The translations under genes were made by a program, and so were the position numbers. This document shows positions 1 to 15,822 of a stretch of 64,000 bases of DNA, piece after piece. How positions within the stretch are numbered: position 1 is the stretch's first letter; every line of letters begins with the position of its first letter. The notes beneath the pieces were generated by a model. That model was not told the DNA's origin, made no database searches, and saw nothing but the letters and a program-made list of their open reading frames with translations. Source of the stretch: Polymyxa betae A26-41 (lineage: Eukaryota; Protista; Endomyxa: Phytomyxea); contig RBZT01000373.1 in assembly GCA_003693705.1 (NCBI GenBank), positions 62,001 to 126,000 of the forward strand, given 5' to 3'.

Positions 1-68
1 GGACGTTACCCCTTTCTAGGCAGGATAGCGGTCGGCGTCAGCCTCTGCACGATCAGCAGCGACGACAT
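1..68 (-). CDS. DUT: Probable dUTPase, first exon only (gene runs off the window start)
   Basis: Minus strand from ATG at 68 reads MSSLLIVQRLTPTAILPRKG, then a GT donor at 9-8. This resembles the dUTPase N-terminus (L.V.+L...A.LP.+GS). Only 20 codons are visible. Not in the ORF track. Confidence 0.55.
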
Positions 69-195
69 CTTTTCAATGACGAGGGGGTGACCCCTTCATG
101 GCGGGTTGCTCTGCCCCTCTCTCAATGAAGGGTTGCGCCGAGAGGTTGCGCCCGCTTTCAAGCTTCAACGCTGAATCCCGGCTGTTAATCTCAAG

Positions 196-625
196 ATGAT
201 CCTTGGTTATCTCAAAGACCGTCTTATATTGAGCTAACATAGATTGCTCACAATTACATGCTCTTACAGTTTCGAATTTGTTGTCATTGACGATCCGATT
301 TGGAGAAATTGTAGCTTCCGATTCCAGTCCTGTTATGGTAGATGTCAAGGGAATCGACTGCTGTAACAGTTCTACCGTGGCTCGATTATTTTTCAAAGAT
401 CCAGCAGCCAAGAAGGAATTGGTCGATTCATGGCAATTACAGCTCAAGAAATTCTGTTTGTGCCGCACAGATCACATTCGATTTGCTAACGAAGACAGTC
501 TAAAGCTTGTCAACCAGTATTGATATTGCTGCAACTACAAGATAAATTAATTAATTGGGTACCTTAATAGTATTGCAAATATCAGGGAATATACTGTAAT
601 CATGCACGCCCAAACTGGAAGTTGA
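196..625 (+). CDS. Possible small spliced hypothetical protein
   Basis: ATG at 196 can be spliced (GT 221 to AG 269) in frame onto ORF 278-523, with a possible third exon ending at TGA 625. No recognisable family. Confidence 0.25.
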
Positions 626-746
626 GTGGCTCAGAAGACGGGAGATGGACCTGATTGCACGTTGGTTCGGCCGCCGGCGAAATTAGTCTTGATAGAGCTG
701 TCCATCAAACACAACCTTTGAGAGCGTTCTACGATTAGCATTTTTT

Positions 747-1567
747 TTATTCAATATCCAGCCCAAAAGATTTTCTCTTTCTGTTTTCACTCAGATGCGC
801 AGCATAAATTCCCTGGAATTAAAAGAATGTTATTGCTCATTTAGAACTGGAATCGATACGTTGCTGCCGAATAATGAATAACCAGGTTTCTACCAAAAGT
901 ATTCCGACAGCACAGACTAAACCGCACACAGCCGCCTATTCATCAGCATTAGTACAATACGCTTGACGTATTGACTTTTTTTTGTCTACCAATGTTTTCG
1001 ATGAGAAGGCAGAAGACCCCAAGAACAGCCCGAAGATAAAGGCGGTCGCCATTGAAAACACCAGATTCAGACCGATTGACAGCGACTGCCGAATTTCACC
1101 GACATCAGAGTCTAGCACATTTGCTGGTTTAATCACATTCGTCATCTGGTCATATCGTCTCTGGTCTAATCGTTTCTGAATTTCTGATAACCTTGCAACA
1201 AGTTCTGGGTCCTAATAACATATGCACTAAACAACTGAGATTCATAATTCGAAAATTGAGGCAAATATGAAAATGAAGGAGAGTGCCTCGGTTATGAAGT
1301 TTCAATCTAGAAAGCTGAAAAGACCTTTGGTCTCAGCTGGATTTCGAATTCAGGCACAGGCTCTGAATTGCTGACAATTGTATGGACGAATGAGCGATGG
1401 TCGCGCTCCATTCCTGGCAGACGCCGATGCTGTCCTGTCAGCAGGACCAGGTCATCAATAGAAACACGTTTGACTTCTCCATTGGCCAACAAACGCCATT
1501 TAGGCGATTTCGCAGCGAGGCTGGCGGCCGCTGATTTGATCAAAGGCGATACCGTGACATAAACCAT
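747..1567 (-). CDS. Vma12/TMEM199-like V-ATPase assembly factor (4 exons)
   Basis: Spliced product contains PELVARLSEIQKRLDQRRYDQM, then two TM segments (SIGLNLVFSMATAFIFG; AVCGLVCAVGILLVETWLFII), the Vma12 layout. Confidence 0.75.
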
Positions 1568-1655
1568 ATCGCACAAAGTTTCAAATTCAAAATTAAACAA
1601 TACAGATAATTACAGCTTAGTCGCATCGTTTATACATTTCAGCCATTAACATCTT

Positions 1656-4600
1656 CTAAGCCAAATAGCGAGCACCCAATGAATGAGCGATAAAAGCAAA
1701 TACGTCTGAGTGCTCCTTGATGATCTTTCCTAAAGGTTTGCCAGCACCATGACCGGCTTTCCGATCAATCCGGATTAGCAGTGGCGCAACTTGATTCTGA
1801 CGTTGGCCAACCGTATACTGTAATTCAGCCGCCAGTTTGAACGAATCTATGAAGTTTGTAAGAAAAACAGGCAAAATACGAACAGTGGAGCAAGTACGCA
1901 AAGGCACGACACGATCGTCATGATCAGCGGTGCATAACATAACAGCAGGGTATGGATCACTCTAATCGCGTTGAGAAAATCTGGATACGAAGCTGTGTGC
2001 GGGTGCCAACCTTAGTGCCGACATTATGGATAGGGGAATACTTGATGATCGCATTGAAATGCCTGTACATGACTGAATAATCGATGAAGGGAGATTAGTA
2101 ATTTTTACCCTGCATTTTCTTCAGCATTGCCATAATCGGAAGTCCTGAAAAATATAGAATAAAAAAGGTGTTAGTGAGGTTGTGAAACACAGACCAGGCA
2201 TAGCCGATGGTGAATTTGTGGAATCGAAGCATATCCATAACACCGACATGAGCAACAGCACAACCGAATAAATCCGGACGTTGGTTCAGACAGGCAGCGA
2301 CTAGCAGTCCTGACGATATCAATCAATATCAGGAAAATGCATATTAACAACTGAGATGCTTGCCTCCGTTAGAGCCTCCATTAATCGCCAGCTGTTTGCT
2401 GGTAGTATCGCCACGTTTGATCAGAAATTCACCGGCTGCAAGGAAGTCGTCGAAAACGTTCTGCTTGCTTAAAAAGAATCAGTAATGTGTGAGCGCAAGT
2501 AAAAAGGAGATATACCTCTCTTTGGTTCCTGCTTGATGCCATTTCTTTCCATATTCACCGCCACCGCGAAGATTAGCAACTGCATAAACGCCATCACATT
2601 GTTGGACCCAAACCAGTTTAAGAACGCTGTTTTACAGAGATGAATATCAAACACAATCTGTCACAACTGCACATAGACCTAAAGTACGGCGTCAATGAGA
2701 TATTGAATCCTCCATAGCCATATAAAATGCAAGGTTTGGGACTTGAGTCTGATCCTTTTCTGACAGAGCGTTAGAGCACTGTATCTTAAGAGAGACGAAA
2801 ACCAACTTTCGGATAACAAACATGGGAATCTTAGTGCCATCTTTGCTCGGGTAAAACACCTGTTCAGTACTGAATATTTCTGAATTGAGGCCTATATCAT
2901 ATTGGCATTGCTGTCTTTAAAACATTACGACATCTACCAGGAACTGTCATTTGATTCCAGATTTTACTTGAAAAATCAAGCGTGTTCAGATAGAAAACGA
3001 TTCCGGGATCGACGAACGAACTGAATTTGAAGTAGACATCAGTCGAGTCGTGACGAGCGCTCACTTCCTAACAAGAGAATTGACGATTAAAACAGAAACA
3101 CTGTTCCAATTAAACGTACTGTCACGGCTCCAACAGTAGGCAGGTTGATGCGATGAACGACATTGCCTTTTAAATCGGCAACCAGACAGAGAGCAGCCAC
3201 ATTATGAATGTACGACAATATCATGAGCTGATTGCCACAAGCTGCAACCGACTCCAACACATCTGTCGGCGACTCCGGGACGATCTCGATCTCGACAGTT
3301 GGTTGAGCGATATCGATGGAGATAATTCGGTAACGATCCGCATTTGAATTTGTTCGGAACAGGAATTTCGTGCCCACATTCGTAATATAATCATATTGGT
3401 TTTCCATCTTATCAATAACTGGTTTGAAGTTCCTGAATCAAGAATTATCAAACTTCTGAATGCATTGAGATGTTTAATCATGCTTCGACATCGATATTGA
3501 ATATTGAAATGAATAAACGAGGTAAAATGCTGAAAGCTTACAATTTCTTGCAGGAGCCTGCAAAGACCTCTGAAACATACACCTTGTTCTTCGGCTCGCA
3601 TGATTCGCTAATAGACAGGACAACGTATTTCCCACAATCTGTAACCTGAAAGCAGTATATGAAAAAACGATCTAATTGCATTCAATGATTCTGACCTCGA
3701 CAGAAAACATGTACTCTGGGTTAGACGCATCCGAATAGACAAGAATGTCCTCAGATTGTTCAGTGCCGAGCAGATGATAATACACTAGTTGATTCTTGGC
3801 TTCGTCGACTTCGGTACTGGAATAGAGGGTTAATAGGTTGTAAAAGCCAGATTCTTGAAAACTCACCCCAAAGCGTCACCTTGCGATGTCGGCTGAGGAT
3901 ATCGGCAATAGAAGAACCCCTTGCTGTCATGAGTCCAGCAGATCGATGAAAATTTCACCCCTACAGAATTGTAAGCAGCGTCGAAGCAATGGAATATCAC
4001 GTGCATTGAATAGTATCGGGTTTATCAGCTTTGTTGAGAATGTCCATAACATGAATCGTACGCCAATCAGAGCCTGATTTCGACAACGCATAGGCTAAGT
4101 ATGTTCCACATTCAGAAAAAGCAGTGCCCATCAGTGCAACCGTCCCTAAAGCAACCTTCATTAGATGTTGGAAAATGACGATGACATAATGTAATAACCG
4201 TCTGGAGAAAGAGTGTTAGGATCAAGAAGAATTGAAGCCTCAGAATCGGGTCCCTTTTCATACATATACAATACCGATTGATTCTGCAGGCCTGAGTTTC
4301 GATATTCAAACCATCTGTTGGGATTGAAATGATTTTTTTAAGAGAACGGTCATCAATGAATGTACCTAGTCCCATGCAGGAAGGGTGCAGAAAACCTCGG
4401 GTAATTCCACACATCGGTTAAGCGCTTCTCGAAACTCTGAATGAAACCGGAGTAGGAAGACGAATCCAAGTGCGATTTGGTAAGCTCCACTTGCGAGTTT
4501 ACCCTTTAAGACTTTTAATTTCCTCCATAAAAACAACGGTGGGCGTACCAGGATTCAGTCTCCGGCGAGTCAACGTCTTCCAGCCAGCGGTATGGATCAG

Positions 4601-4679
4601 GAGCCCTCTTGCCGTGATACTCCACATAAACATCCTGTCTGATAGCGGGTGGATAGCAACGTTCAGCTGGAACGGCCAT
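1656..4679 (-). CDS. PREP: Prolyl oligopeptidase (S9A), multi-exon
   Basis: N-terminal DPYRWLED; nucleophile motif [10 protein letters not shown]; [15 protein letters not shown]; ADHDDRVVP (catalytic Asp); KAGHGAGKP (catalytic His). Confidence 0.95.
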
Positions 4680-4915
4680 TGTCGTCAGTCTGATCCGACT
4701 AAATCGATAGAAAGAAGTTAGTCGCAGAATAATGATGATAGAAGTACAGTATGAGTGTCTCTGTCACATTAACAGCGAGGACCTGTCCCTTTCTCTGTCA
4801 ACTCGCTAGCCAGCTAATCACTTCTACGTTTAACGAATTCATTTCCATGCTCAACATTTGCCATATAAATAGTAGCTGTAAATATATTATCCTGGACTAA
4901 GCTGAATAAATAGAT

Positions 4916-7564
<2,649 letters not shown>

Positions 7565-8492
7565 CAGGTGGGCGCCCTGGCCGCCAGGATTAGAGACAGC
7601 GGTGATCGAAACCTGTACCCCAGGTTAGAGGCACTTCTGGAAATTTAGTCAAATTGAGAACCCTATCGTATCAAAAGACTCAGACGATTAGATCAGAATA
7701 TGGTGCTAGAGGCGGCGGCGAGCAGAAGGTCTCTGCGACGAAGACATAAACATCAGGTCACAGATCATTGCAGGCGAACTATCGAAGCCCAGGGACGCGC
7801 TTCTCATGCAGTCTAGATTCTTCTGGAGCGCCCGACAATGACAACGATGACGCGATTTGGCAGGCGATGTTTTACCCAATGACAACCAATTGAATGACGA
7901 CTCGTTTATTTAGAAGCCCTCTTTTTGAAAGAAACATAACTACTGACTTCGGGGTTTGACTGTCGCTGAGTGCCCTTACTAATCATGGCCTGTAAATGGG
8001 GCAATACCGAGATATTTTAAAACCAGTATATGATGTGAACTTCAACTGAAGCAGAAGTTGCTGCAACATCGGCCTTCCAGGCTTACTAAACGCTCTTAAT
8101 CCCTACTGAATCGAAGGGACTCATTCTATAAGCGAATAGCGCAAATTGGTTAAATGAAAACGAATTGCATAGCAGATTTGTGGGTAACCCAGTGACAGAT
8201 GAGTCTTCTCAGAGTCAGTATTTCCCACCAAGACCTGGAAGTGATTTTATCTAGCCCAAACTCACAGCGTCAAAGTCAGGTAAGTAACAACAAATCTGAT
8301 AGAACTGCCTTGTTCATGACGTATGTGTTCGGCAAACCATTTTACTCGAGCTCTTGCCGGTTTTTAAACATCACTCCGTTGATAAAACGACAGCAAAGAA
8401 TTGTGGACGTGTCATGACTCGGCCGTTGCCAACTTGGTTACGAATCGGTCCTCTTGACCCAAGGCCGATTCATCCCATATCATTTCCTAATC

Positions 8493-10392
8493 ATGACCAT
8501 CGGTCTCGGTAGTCTGCTGCTGTTTCTGGCATCTATTGCCATTGCCAGCACGAGCCGTGAATTCGACAACCGCTACCCTTCATGCTTCCTCGATCGGCTT
8601 CAGTATTGCAAGGACGTCCAAGGACTAGCAGGCACATTCCAATGCCTGGATAAGAAATTAGATCAGCTGTCTCCAGCGTGTAGGGCTTCGCTAGAAAAAT
8701 CACCAGCATTTCAATGCAGTCTTGATGCGCTTCTGCTCTGTCCTCTAGTCGACGACCACTATGATTTGATGTCGTGTTTATGGTACCATCGTGATAAATC
8801 TTTATCGTCTCGATGTATCGGATCGGGGTCCCGCCAGCTTGATTTCGAATCAGGCGGCAAATTCCACAAATGCAGCAAGGACAGAAAGAAATTTTGTTAT
8901 GGCATGCACGGATTTCCTCGAGTCATGGCATGCCTTGCAGATCACCAAAATGATCTCTCTAATGAATGCAAATCGGCAGTTGGGGACTGTCCAGCATTCA
9001 GATGTGCACACGACGCTGAGCATTACTGTCCAAATGCTAAAAGTCATCACGATGTTCTTAAGTGCATCTGGGCTCATAAAGGGGATGTGTCGGAAGATTG
9101 CAAACAGGTAAAACCCAGCATAAAAGGTTTGCAGAAATACCTAATCTAACTAGGTGCTCTCGCCTCCGTCCTCGCCATGGCTAAGTCATCATGAGCATGA
9201 AAGACATCACGGCAAACAGGACCGTGGTAAGCATCATGGGAAACATCATCGCCATGAGCATGAGAGGCATCATGGGAAACATCATGGGCATGGGCATAAG
9301 GGACACCATGGGCATGAGCATGAGCATGGTGGTCATCATGGGCATGAGCATGAGCATGGTGGTCATCACGGGCATGAGCATGGTGGACATCATGGGCATG
9401 AGCATGAGCATGGTGGACATCATGGGAAAGATCGCGGCAAGCATCACAACGAGCATCATAAACATCATCACGAAGGGCACCTCCCTGAACTGAAAACGCA
9501 CGGAAAAGAACATCACGGGCATCTCAACAAACATCACCATCGTCACCGACATCACGAACACCGAAGGCATTTTCGAGCTTGTAAATTTGATGTTCGCCGC
9601 TTCTGCTATGACGTTGACGGATTTGTCGACAAGATGGCCTGTCTTGCTCACCACGAAGATGAACTATCAAATTCGTGCCACTTCGTATTGAAACACTGTC
9701 CTGCATTCCATTGCGCAGAGGACGTTCAGAAATTTTGTCCTGGAACCAAAAGCAAGCACGAATTTGTCGAGTGTCTTTGGGAGCATCGTCACGAACTTTC
9801 TGATAAATGTTGGAACCAAGATCAAGATGGCGATAATCACAACCACCACATGCATGCAAATGACAAGTGCCGCCATGAGCGTGAGCAATTCTGTCCAAAA
9901 GGTATGCCGTTGCAAGAAGGTTGCAATCAATTACCTTACTGACTGGTTGTCTTAAGAGCAAAAGGAATCGCCAACGCATGATATCGAATGTCTTGGAAGC
10001 CACGACAAGACTGGACTGTCTGAACAATGTCGCATGTCTCTTGAAATGCGACTTGCATGCAAAGATGAAGTTAAGAAATTCTGCAGCAGCGATGACAGTT
10101 ATCCTTTGAAATGCCTGAAACAGCACGAAGAAGAACTAAATAGTACTTGCAAGGCTGCCTTACCACAGCACCAATTGATGGTGATGTCCAAAATGGATTC
10201 AGCACTATGTTATAGCAACCGTACGACATTTGCGAGATAGATTTAAGAGTTCTGACGCCATATACAGGTCCTGTAATTATAGCATTCTCTGCTATTTTCC
10301 TCGTCTTCTCTTTGTTCATAATGACAGCAGCTGTTATTTGGCGCAAAGCTGATCATGGTCAACGAACTGATATTCAGTATCAACGGATATGA
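8493..10392 (+). CDS. Type I membrane protein with 8 GLG1-like Cys-rich repeats and a central His-rich tract
   Basis: Signal peptide MTIGLGSLLLFLASIAIA; repeats of C-x2-D-x3-[FY]-C-x~11-C-L-x2-H-x3-L-S-x2-C; ORFs 8454, 9154 and 10034 join through GT-AG introns; last exon gives a TM helix and the tail ...DIQYQRI*. The last intron boundary is uncertain. Confidence 0.8.
9187..9570 (+). repeat. Coding His/Gly/Glu low-complexity tract with tandem ~30-bp units (HHGHEHEHGG)
   Basis: Repeated CATCATGGGCATGAGCATGAGCATGGTGG(T/A)-like units at ~9304-9426. Confidence 0.9.
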
Positions 10393-10477
10393 AAGAGCGA
10401 ATCGATATTCTGATATTAATAGAACACTAAAAAGGTTAATCGATTTGTAAATTCTGTCAGTAGGAGAATAGAGCTCT

Positions 10478-11065
10478 TTATTCTCCATATGCGCCAACGT
10501 CTTCTTGCCAGTTGCTTGTTCTGGCCATAACAATGGCTCTTCCTATTGGAAAGCGTTCAATAATCGACTACCACAGTTAAGACCACCACCAACCTATTGC
10601 TCGGATCCACGCTAAGAGACAGCTCAGAATGTGCAGCGAAGAACTGTTCAATAGCTAGATTACCTTCTTTTGATTCCGCATTAGGAGCACAAAAGGAGAA
10701 TCCGTATTCGGTTGAATAAACGTCGAAAGAATACGCTCTCCGAGTCTGATCTTCTGAGCTCTGAATTTCAAGTGAGTAAAACCAACAAGCAGCATGGCAA
10801 TGAAAAAACCTTAACAGAAGAAAATATCGCCAAATCAATCACTTCTGTAGGATTATTATAATCTTTTTCATATTTAAAGGAGTAGATTTTTGAGTTTTCC
10901 AACACTACCCAGCGCTTCTTCCAAACTCGCAGCACTCTGCCTACAGACAGCATCAACGGCGACGAAGACATAGACCTCTATAAACCAACTCTGTTTCTCA
11001 AGCCATCCCTCTAGCGGTGGATTCTTAATCATGGGCTGAGTTGTGCCAATAGCAGTTGTGACCAT
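10478..11065 (-). CDS. Small stand-alone PH-domain protein
   Basis: LEGWLEKQS|RVLRVWKKRWVVL...EVIDL...FSFCAPNAESKE|EWIRAI is the PH consensus. Confidence 0.85.
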
Positions 11066-11385
11066 TTCTGCGTCTAAAAAGCTGTAGGACGATTACACGA
11101 GGTTAATATACCTTTATAATGCAGCAGCGATAGTGAGACTACACAAAGTGAACCTCCTCGAAATATTCGCAGTCCACGCCGGCCAACCCCCGAGCCCGAC
11201 CGTCTTTCGTTCGATTTTCCTTTACCGACGGCATACTCCATTGTCTTGTCGAGAATACTCCAGATACAAACTTAGAAGCAACTAGCCGATATACGATTCA
11301 ATTAAAAAGATAGAATAATTTATTCAAAATGGTTATGTACACATCATATTAATAACAAATCGTTATGCGCTAGCAAAGCATGAAT

Positions 11386-12425
11386 TTACGATTGATCGTA
11401 ATCATCGATCGCATCTAAATCGTCGTCATTATTATACGGATCGCTTAAGCAATCGTCGTCAGAATAGCCATAATCATCGTCGGAATCCGATTCGTCTTCC
11501 GGATACGAGAAATCTGGATTATCGGCTGCATTCGAATCTTCCGAATCATAGGCGCTATCAGCATACTCGTCGAAAACAAGGGCATCATGTAAGCCAGAAT
11601 TCAGGTCGATTCCTTCTCCAACATCTATGCATACTCTAGAAATCACATCAGAACACGATCTCTATACAACACCTTCACATACCGATCCGACGAGGTAGAT
11701 GTCAGCGTTTTTCCATTATATACAAATAAATCCCAGACGTATTCAGTGGCATCTTCCTATAAAAATGCTGTAAGAAATACACGATGGCAATCCAGCGTAA
11801 TAATACTTCATGGTTATCCAGCTGATAGCGCCTCATCAGCTGTTCGTATCTCGATTTTGAACCTGGGCCTTCAGATACAGGATCGATATCGAAAAATTGA
11901 AAACGCGAGTTATCGATTTCGTTAAGTCGATTGACCCGATCAGAGCTAGTGCATATGCTACGTTTGGTGGATGGATTCCGCCTTGCAATCTCCAAGCCGT
12001 CATTGTTTAGGGAGTTTATACGGTCCTGCAGAGGTCATTATCAGAAAATATCAAACGCTAGCGATTTAGGCGCACACGAAGTCTATCAGGCAGATCTAGT
12101 TCTTGAGCATTTTCGCATGATAGCGTGTCAACTCGTTGAAAAACTTTTTTGTAAATTCAGAGTTGAGACTCTGTAAGAACCGATAGTCTTACCTTGTGAG
12201 ATCATATTCGGTCCAGCGTTTTCATTCATTGAGAACCGAGACAAACATTCTGAAGCGCCCCTGACACCAGATAAAGCTCTTCTCTTACACTGGCCCTTAA
12301 CCACTACATTGCATCAGACACAACGCGAAAAGCAGTGCAAAACGCCGACCGAGATCGTCAATAGGCGATGCATTTCGAGGGCGTTTAACCCTTAGGACAA
12401 CAATCGAATGCTGGTCCGATCCCAT
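11386..12425 (-). CDS. IWR1: IWR1/SLC7A6OS-like RNA polymerase II nuclear import factor
   Basis: First exon MGSDQHSIVVLRVKRPRNASPIDDL; C-terminal DSEDSNAADNPDFSYPEDE followed by an acidic tail. Confidence 0.75.
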
Positions 12426-12691
12426 ATTTGGCATTATTTTATCCAGATTGGAGATCAAACTGGCCTGAAATGGCACTGAAGAAATAGCTCAATACGCATT
12501 ATTTTTAAGATTTATGCAAATTCTTGATTGATGATTAATCACTTCTTCCGAGATCCGGATCCCATCCGGAGTTTTTACGCTATCTTCAGATTTTCATTGC
12601 CTTTCACATGCTTCATTTTGGGTCGCTGTAGCAAAGCGCTCTTCATCGAGTTTCAAACCTGTTGTTTGATTTGATACAACAGCATGAATCT

Positions 12692-13257
12692 CTAAAAATA
12701 GCGCTTCAGGTTCAGGTTTTTGGCGACATCAAGAACCTACGAATTGGTCTGTGAATGATGTGATGGCCTCGTTGGACTGTTACCTCCAATGTCATGCTGG
12801 ATCGATAAGCGTCAGCCAGACAAGCCATTCCATAATTTCCAATCGAACAGTCGTACAGGGAAAGCGATACCAAAGTTGTATTGGCCAGAATCATGAGCGA
12901 TAATGCTTCGGCTCCAATATCGCCAATTAAATTCTGTTTTAGATCCAAAACTGCTAAAGTCTTATTGCTTTTCAGTGCTGAGGCGATATCGATGGCGGTT
13001 CTATCGCCGAGCATATTCTGTCCGAGATCTAACTGTCGCATAGCTGTATTGGTCTTCAATGCTCGAGACAGCATACGTCCCATGATATCGTCCAGGCTGC
13101 ATCCTGATAGTCTCAGGATTTTGATAGTGGTATTTGTCATAAGGCAGTTCGACAGGCATCGTAGGAACGATGGCATCAGCCTGCATTGAATTTGAAGTCG
13201 GTCAACATGATCAATGTTTTCTATGACTTTACGTTCGCCAGCGATATCTAAAGCCAT
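12692..13257 (-). CDS. Ribonuclease-inhibitor-like leucine-rich repeat protein
   Basis: 28-residue repeats such as ALKTNTAMRQLDLGQNMLGD and ALKSNKTLAVLDLKQNLIGD. One intron near the 3' end. Start is uncertain. Confidence 0.75.
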
Positions 13258-13297
13258 ACAGGAAGATTTTTTTTGTGGCAAATGCTTTTCTGATACT

Positions 13298-14763
13298 TTA
13301 TGTTTTGGACAGAATCTGGCTTGAACAAATATCATACAACCTAGAAGCGACCTGTGCCCAGCGATCCCGTTCTTCGCTAATTTGAGACATGGCAACTTCC
13401 TGTGCCATTAACCGTGCTTGTCGTTCACTTTCTTCGTTGGCGACTGATTTAAGTTCCACTTGGTGCTCAGCGCGAACGTACTTCAAATGTGACAGTAATG
13501 CTCCAGGAATCGTAATATTAGTAGATCTTGATTCGTGTCCTAATACATTGCTGAGAATACACACAAGGAAAAATTTTGTGATGGCTTACTTTCTGGGAAT
13601 TTCTGCAACTGCTCGATTTGTTGTGCATTACAGAAGCCGCTAACGAGAACGCCGTTCACCAAGCTTTCCTTAGCAAACTGGAACATGACAAGGCGGTAAT
13701 GATTTCTTGGATGGCTGATATTTCGCAACGTATGAATACATTGGCAAGAAAATAAGTCCCAGATTTTAACGGAGTCGTTCAAATCAGCAGATGCCATTAA
13801 GCATGCGTCGAAATTTAGCGCTAGCGAGGTGATACTAGATGAATGAGCTGCAGAAGTGTCCAGCAGAGTGGTAATCTGGGAGGACTCGGAAAGCGACGCT
13901 GCTGAATGCAGAAGGCGTGTACGGTAGATTTGCCCATTGACAGTGCCGACACAGAAGAATGCTTCAGCAGGATCGACAATGATTGAAGTGATTCCGCTGT
14001 TATACTCGAATACGAAATCAGGCTCAGCCTTTCCTACAGACCACAGCCCTGGCAAAATGTTAGCATTTGCATAGCAATGTGGAGAATTAACAGGAGGGAA
14101 AAGCAGACCATGAAAACGCAAATGTTAATGAATAATACAAAAGTGGTAAAAAAGCAATGCCTTACTGCAGGTGCGATCCAGGGATCCAGTTAGAAAGCGA
14201 TTGGAAATAGGGAAGGCGGCGGCGACATTAACTGGAAGGTGGTGGCCGACACAACGCACCATAGGCTGCGAGATGCTGCCCAGGAGGCATGACAGGAGCA
14301 CGCCGACATCGTAGACAGCGACAATTGAATCAGCCGATGAAGTAATTAGCGAAAATCCATCAGCTGAAAACGTTAGCGATCGTATTTCCTTTAGATGAGG
14401 CTGAAAGGCAGCCAGCATTGAACCCGATTCTAAAGACCATACATGGACAAATCCGTTTTGAGATCCGACAGCGATTAATGTGCCATCTGGAGAAACAGCC
14501 AAAGAAGTCGGAGATTCCGGTAATGAGCAATGTAATAATTGTTTCATATTGGACAATTCAAGAATCACTAAAGAGCGACGACCTTCAGGACAAAGTGCAA
14601 CACATGGCTGAAAGGCATTCGTAACGAATGCTGCTACAAGGGATGCAGTCCATCCTGACCGTCCTTGACTCGACGGGGCTGACTTCGAATGTCGAAGGCT
14701 ACCAGAGGCTGAGTCCCACTGATCTAGGGCGCCACAAGACGCGATGGCCAAAACATTTTCCAT
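13298..14763 (-). CDS. WDR18: WDR18/Ipi3-like WD40 protein (Rix1 complex)
   Basis: WD40 repeats (LAVSPDGTLIAVGSQNGFVHVWSLESGSML..FQPH; HSSSITSL) and a C-terminal coiled coil EERDRWAQVASRLY. Confidence 0.75.
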
Positions 14764-14926
14764 TCTTGGACCACGAAAGAATATCGTCATTGCTGAAAAA
14801 TTCCCGTAGCGGACCCCGCAGATTTTTTTGAAAAAATTCGAAAGCTTTCGGAATTCGCTCAGATTCACGTCACATTTCTGTATAAAGCATATAATACAAT
14901 GAAGGTTTTTACTACATGGACTTGAT

Positions 14927-15822
14927 TTAATTGACCTTCTTTGCCTTCTGAACAGACTGTCGGCGGGATTTGGTGGCCGACAAGAAAATAACAGTGCTAA
15001 CAACCAACCCTGTAATAAACCTGCAAGTTTTGTCACATTGAGATTCACGGATGCTTAAAATTGGAAAATTACCCGGCAACCAGGATCGAAAGAGAAGCTA
15101 GTGAATGGTCGGTGAACAGTTTTTCGACGTCCAGCGCGAGAGCCTTGATTTCTAAACACATATTTAACTCATCAGCGGATACTACATGATCCCAAGCATA
15201 CCATCTTGGAAAGCATTAGCCACACCAGGCGGTTTAGGTGCCAAGTTCTTGGTCGCCTTCTTGTAGCCTCCATTGATAAATTTCTCAAATTCGACAACGG
15301 TTCGTGCGCCCATGTAATCATACATCATTCCCTTTTTGAAAAAAGTAATAGTTGGGTATCCCTTGACATCAAACCGCTTGCAAATATCTGAAAACAAGGA
15401 TTAGAGAACGAATGTCAAACTCCAGTGTACATTACCTCTGTGCTCATCGCAATTAACATTGCCGATATTGGCAACCGGAGACCCGATATCTCCTTTTGTC
15501 TTCGCGTCCAGTTGGCTTTGGGCCAAGTTTTCCCATTCCTAATAATGCATGATAAGCGCCCGGAATCGCAACAGCGCAAATCCACTGACTTGGGTCATTT
15601 TCTTGCAGTGGCCACACCAGGGAGCATAGAATCTGCATCATTTTTACTTAACAAATAGAAAATATATGGGCATAGACGGCAGTACCTAATGAGCCAGTCG
15701 CCCGTCGTCGCCCCGGTACCGATCTGGGTCTGAGACTCGAAGTTTTCAGACGTCAGTTCGACGACGTGGCCAGCGAAGGAGACAGCGACCAGACAGGCCA
15801 ACAGAGAAACCAATCGCATCAT
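14927..15822 (-). CDS. TMX-like ER membrane thioredoxin/PDI, copy A (WCGHC, 5 introns)
   Basis: Signal peptide; DWLIR|FYAPWCGHCKK; CKRFDVKGYPTITFF; C-terminal TM; ends KAKKVN* (KKxx ER retrieval signal). Confidence 0.9.

Noticed and set aside
178-225. Shared GCTGTTAATCTC core with 61201-61245; possible U3-like or repeated ncRNA
   Set aside because: Only a 12-nt exact match with loose flanks, and no convincing box C/D or U3 box set.
9304-9426. Regular ~30-bp repeats suggesting a CRISPR array
   Set aside because: No unique spacers, the repeats are in-frame coding sequence, the context is eukaryotic and there are no cas genes.
9181-9654. Met-rich ORFs on both strands
   Set aside because: Alternative-frame and antisense readings of the CAT-rich His tract.
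14764-15048. N-terminal extension of the 307-aa WD40 ORF
   Set aside because: It is an off-frame reading of the last exon and 3' flank of thioredoxin copy A. WDR18 more plausibly starts at 14763.
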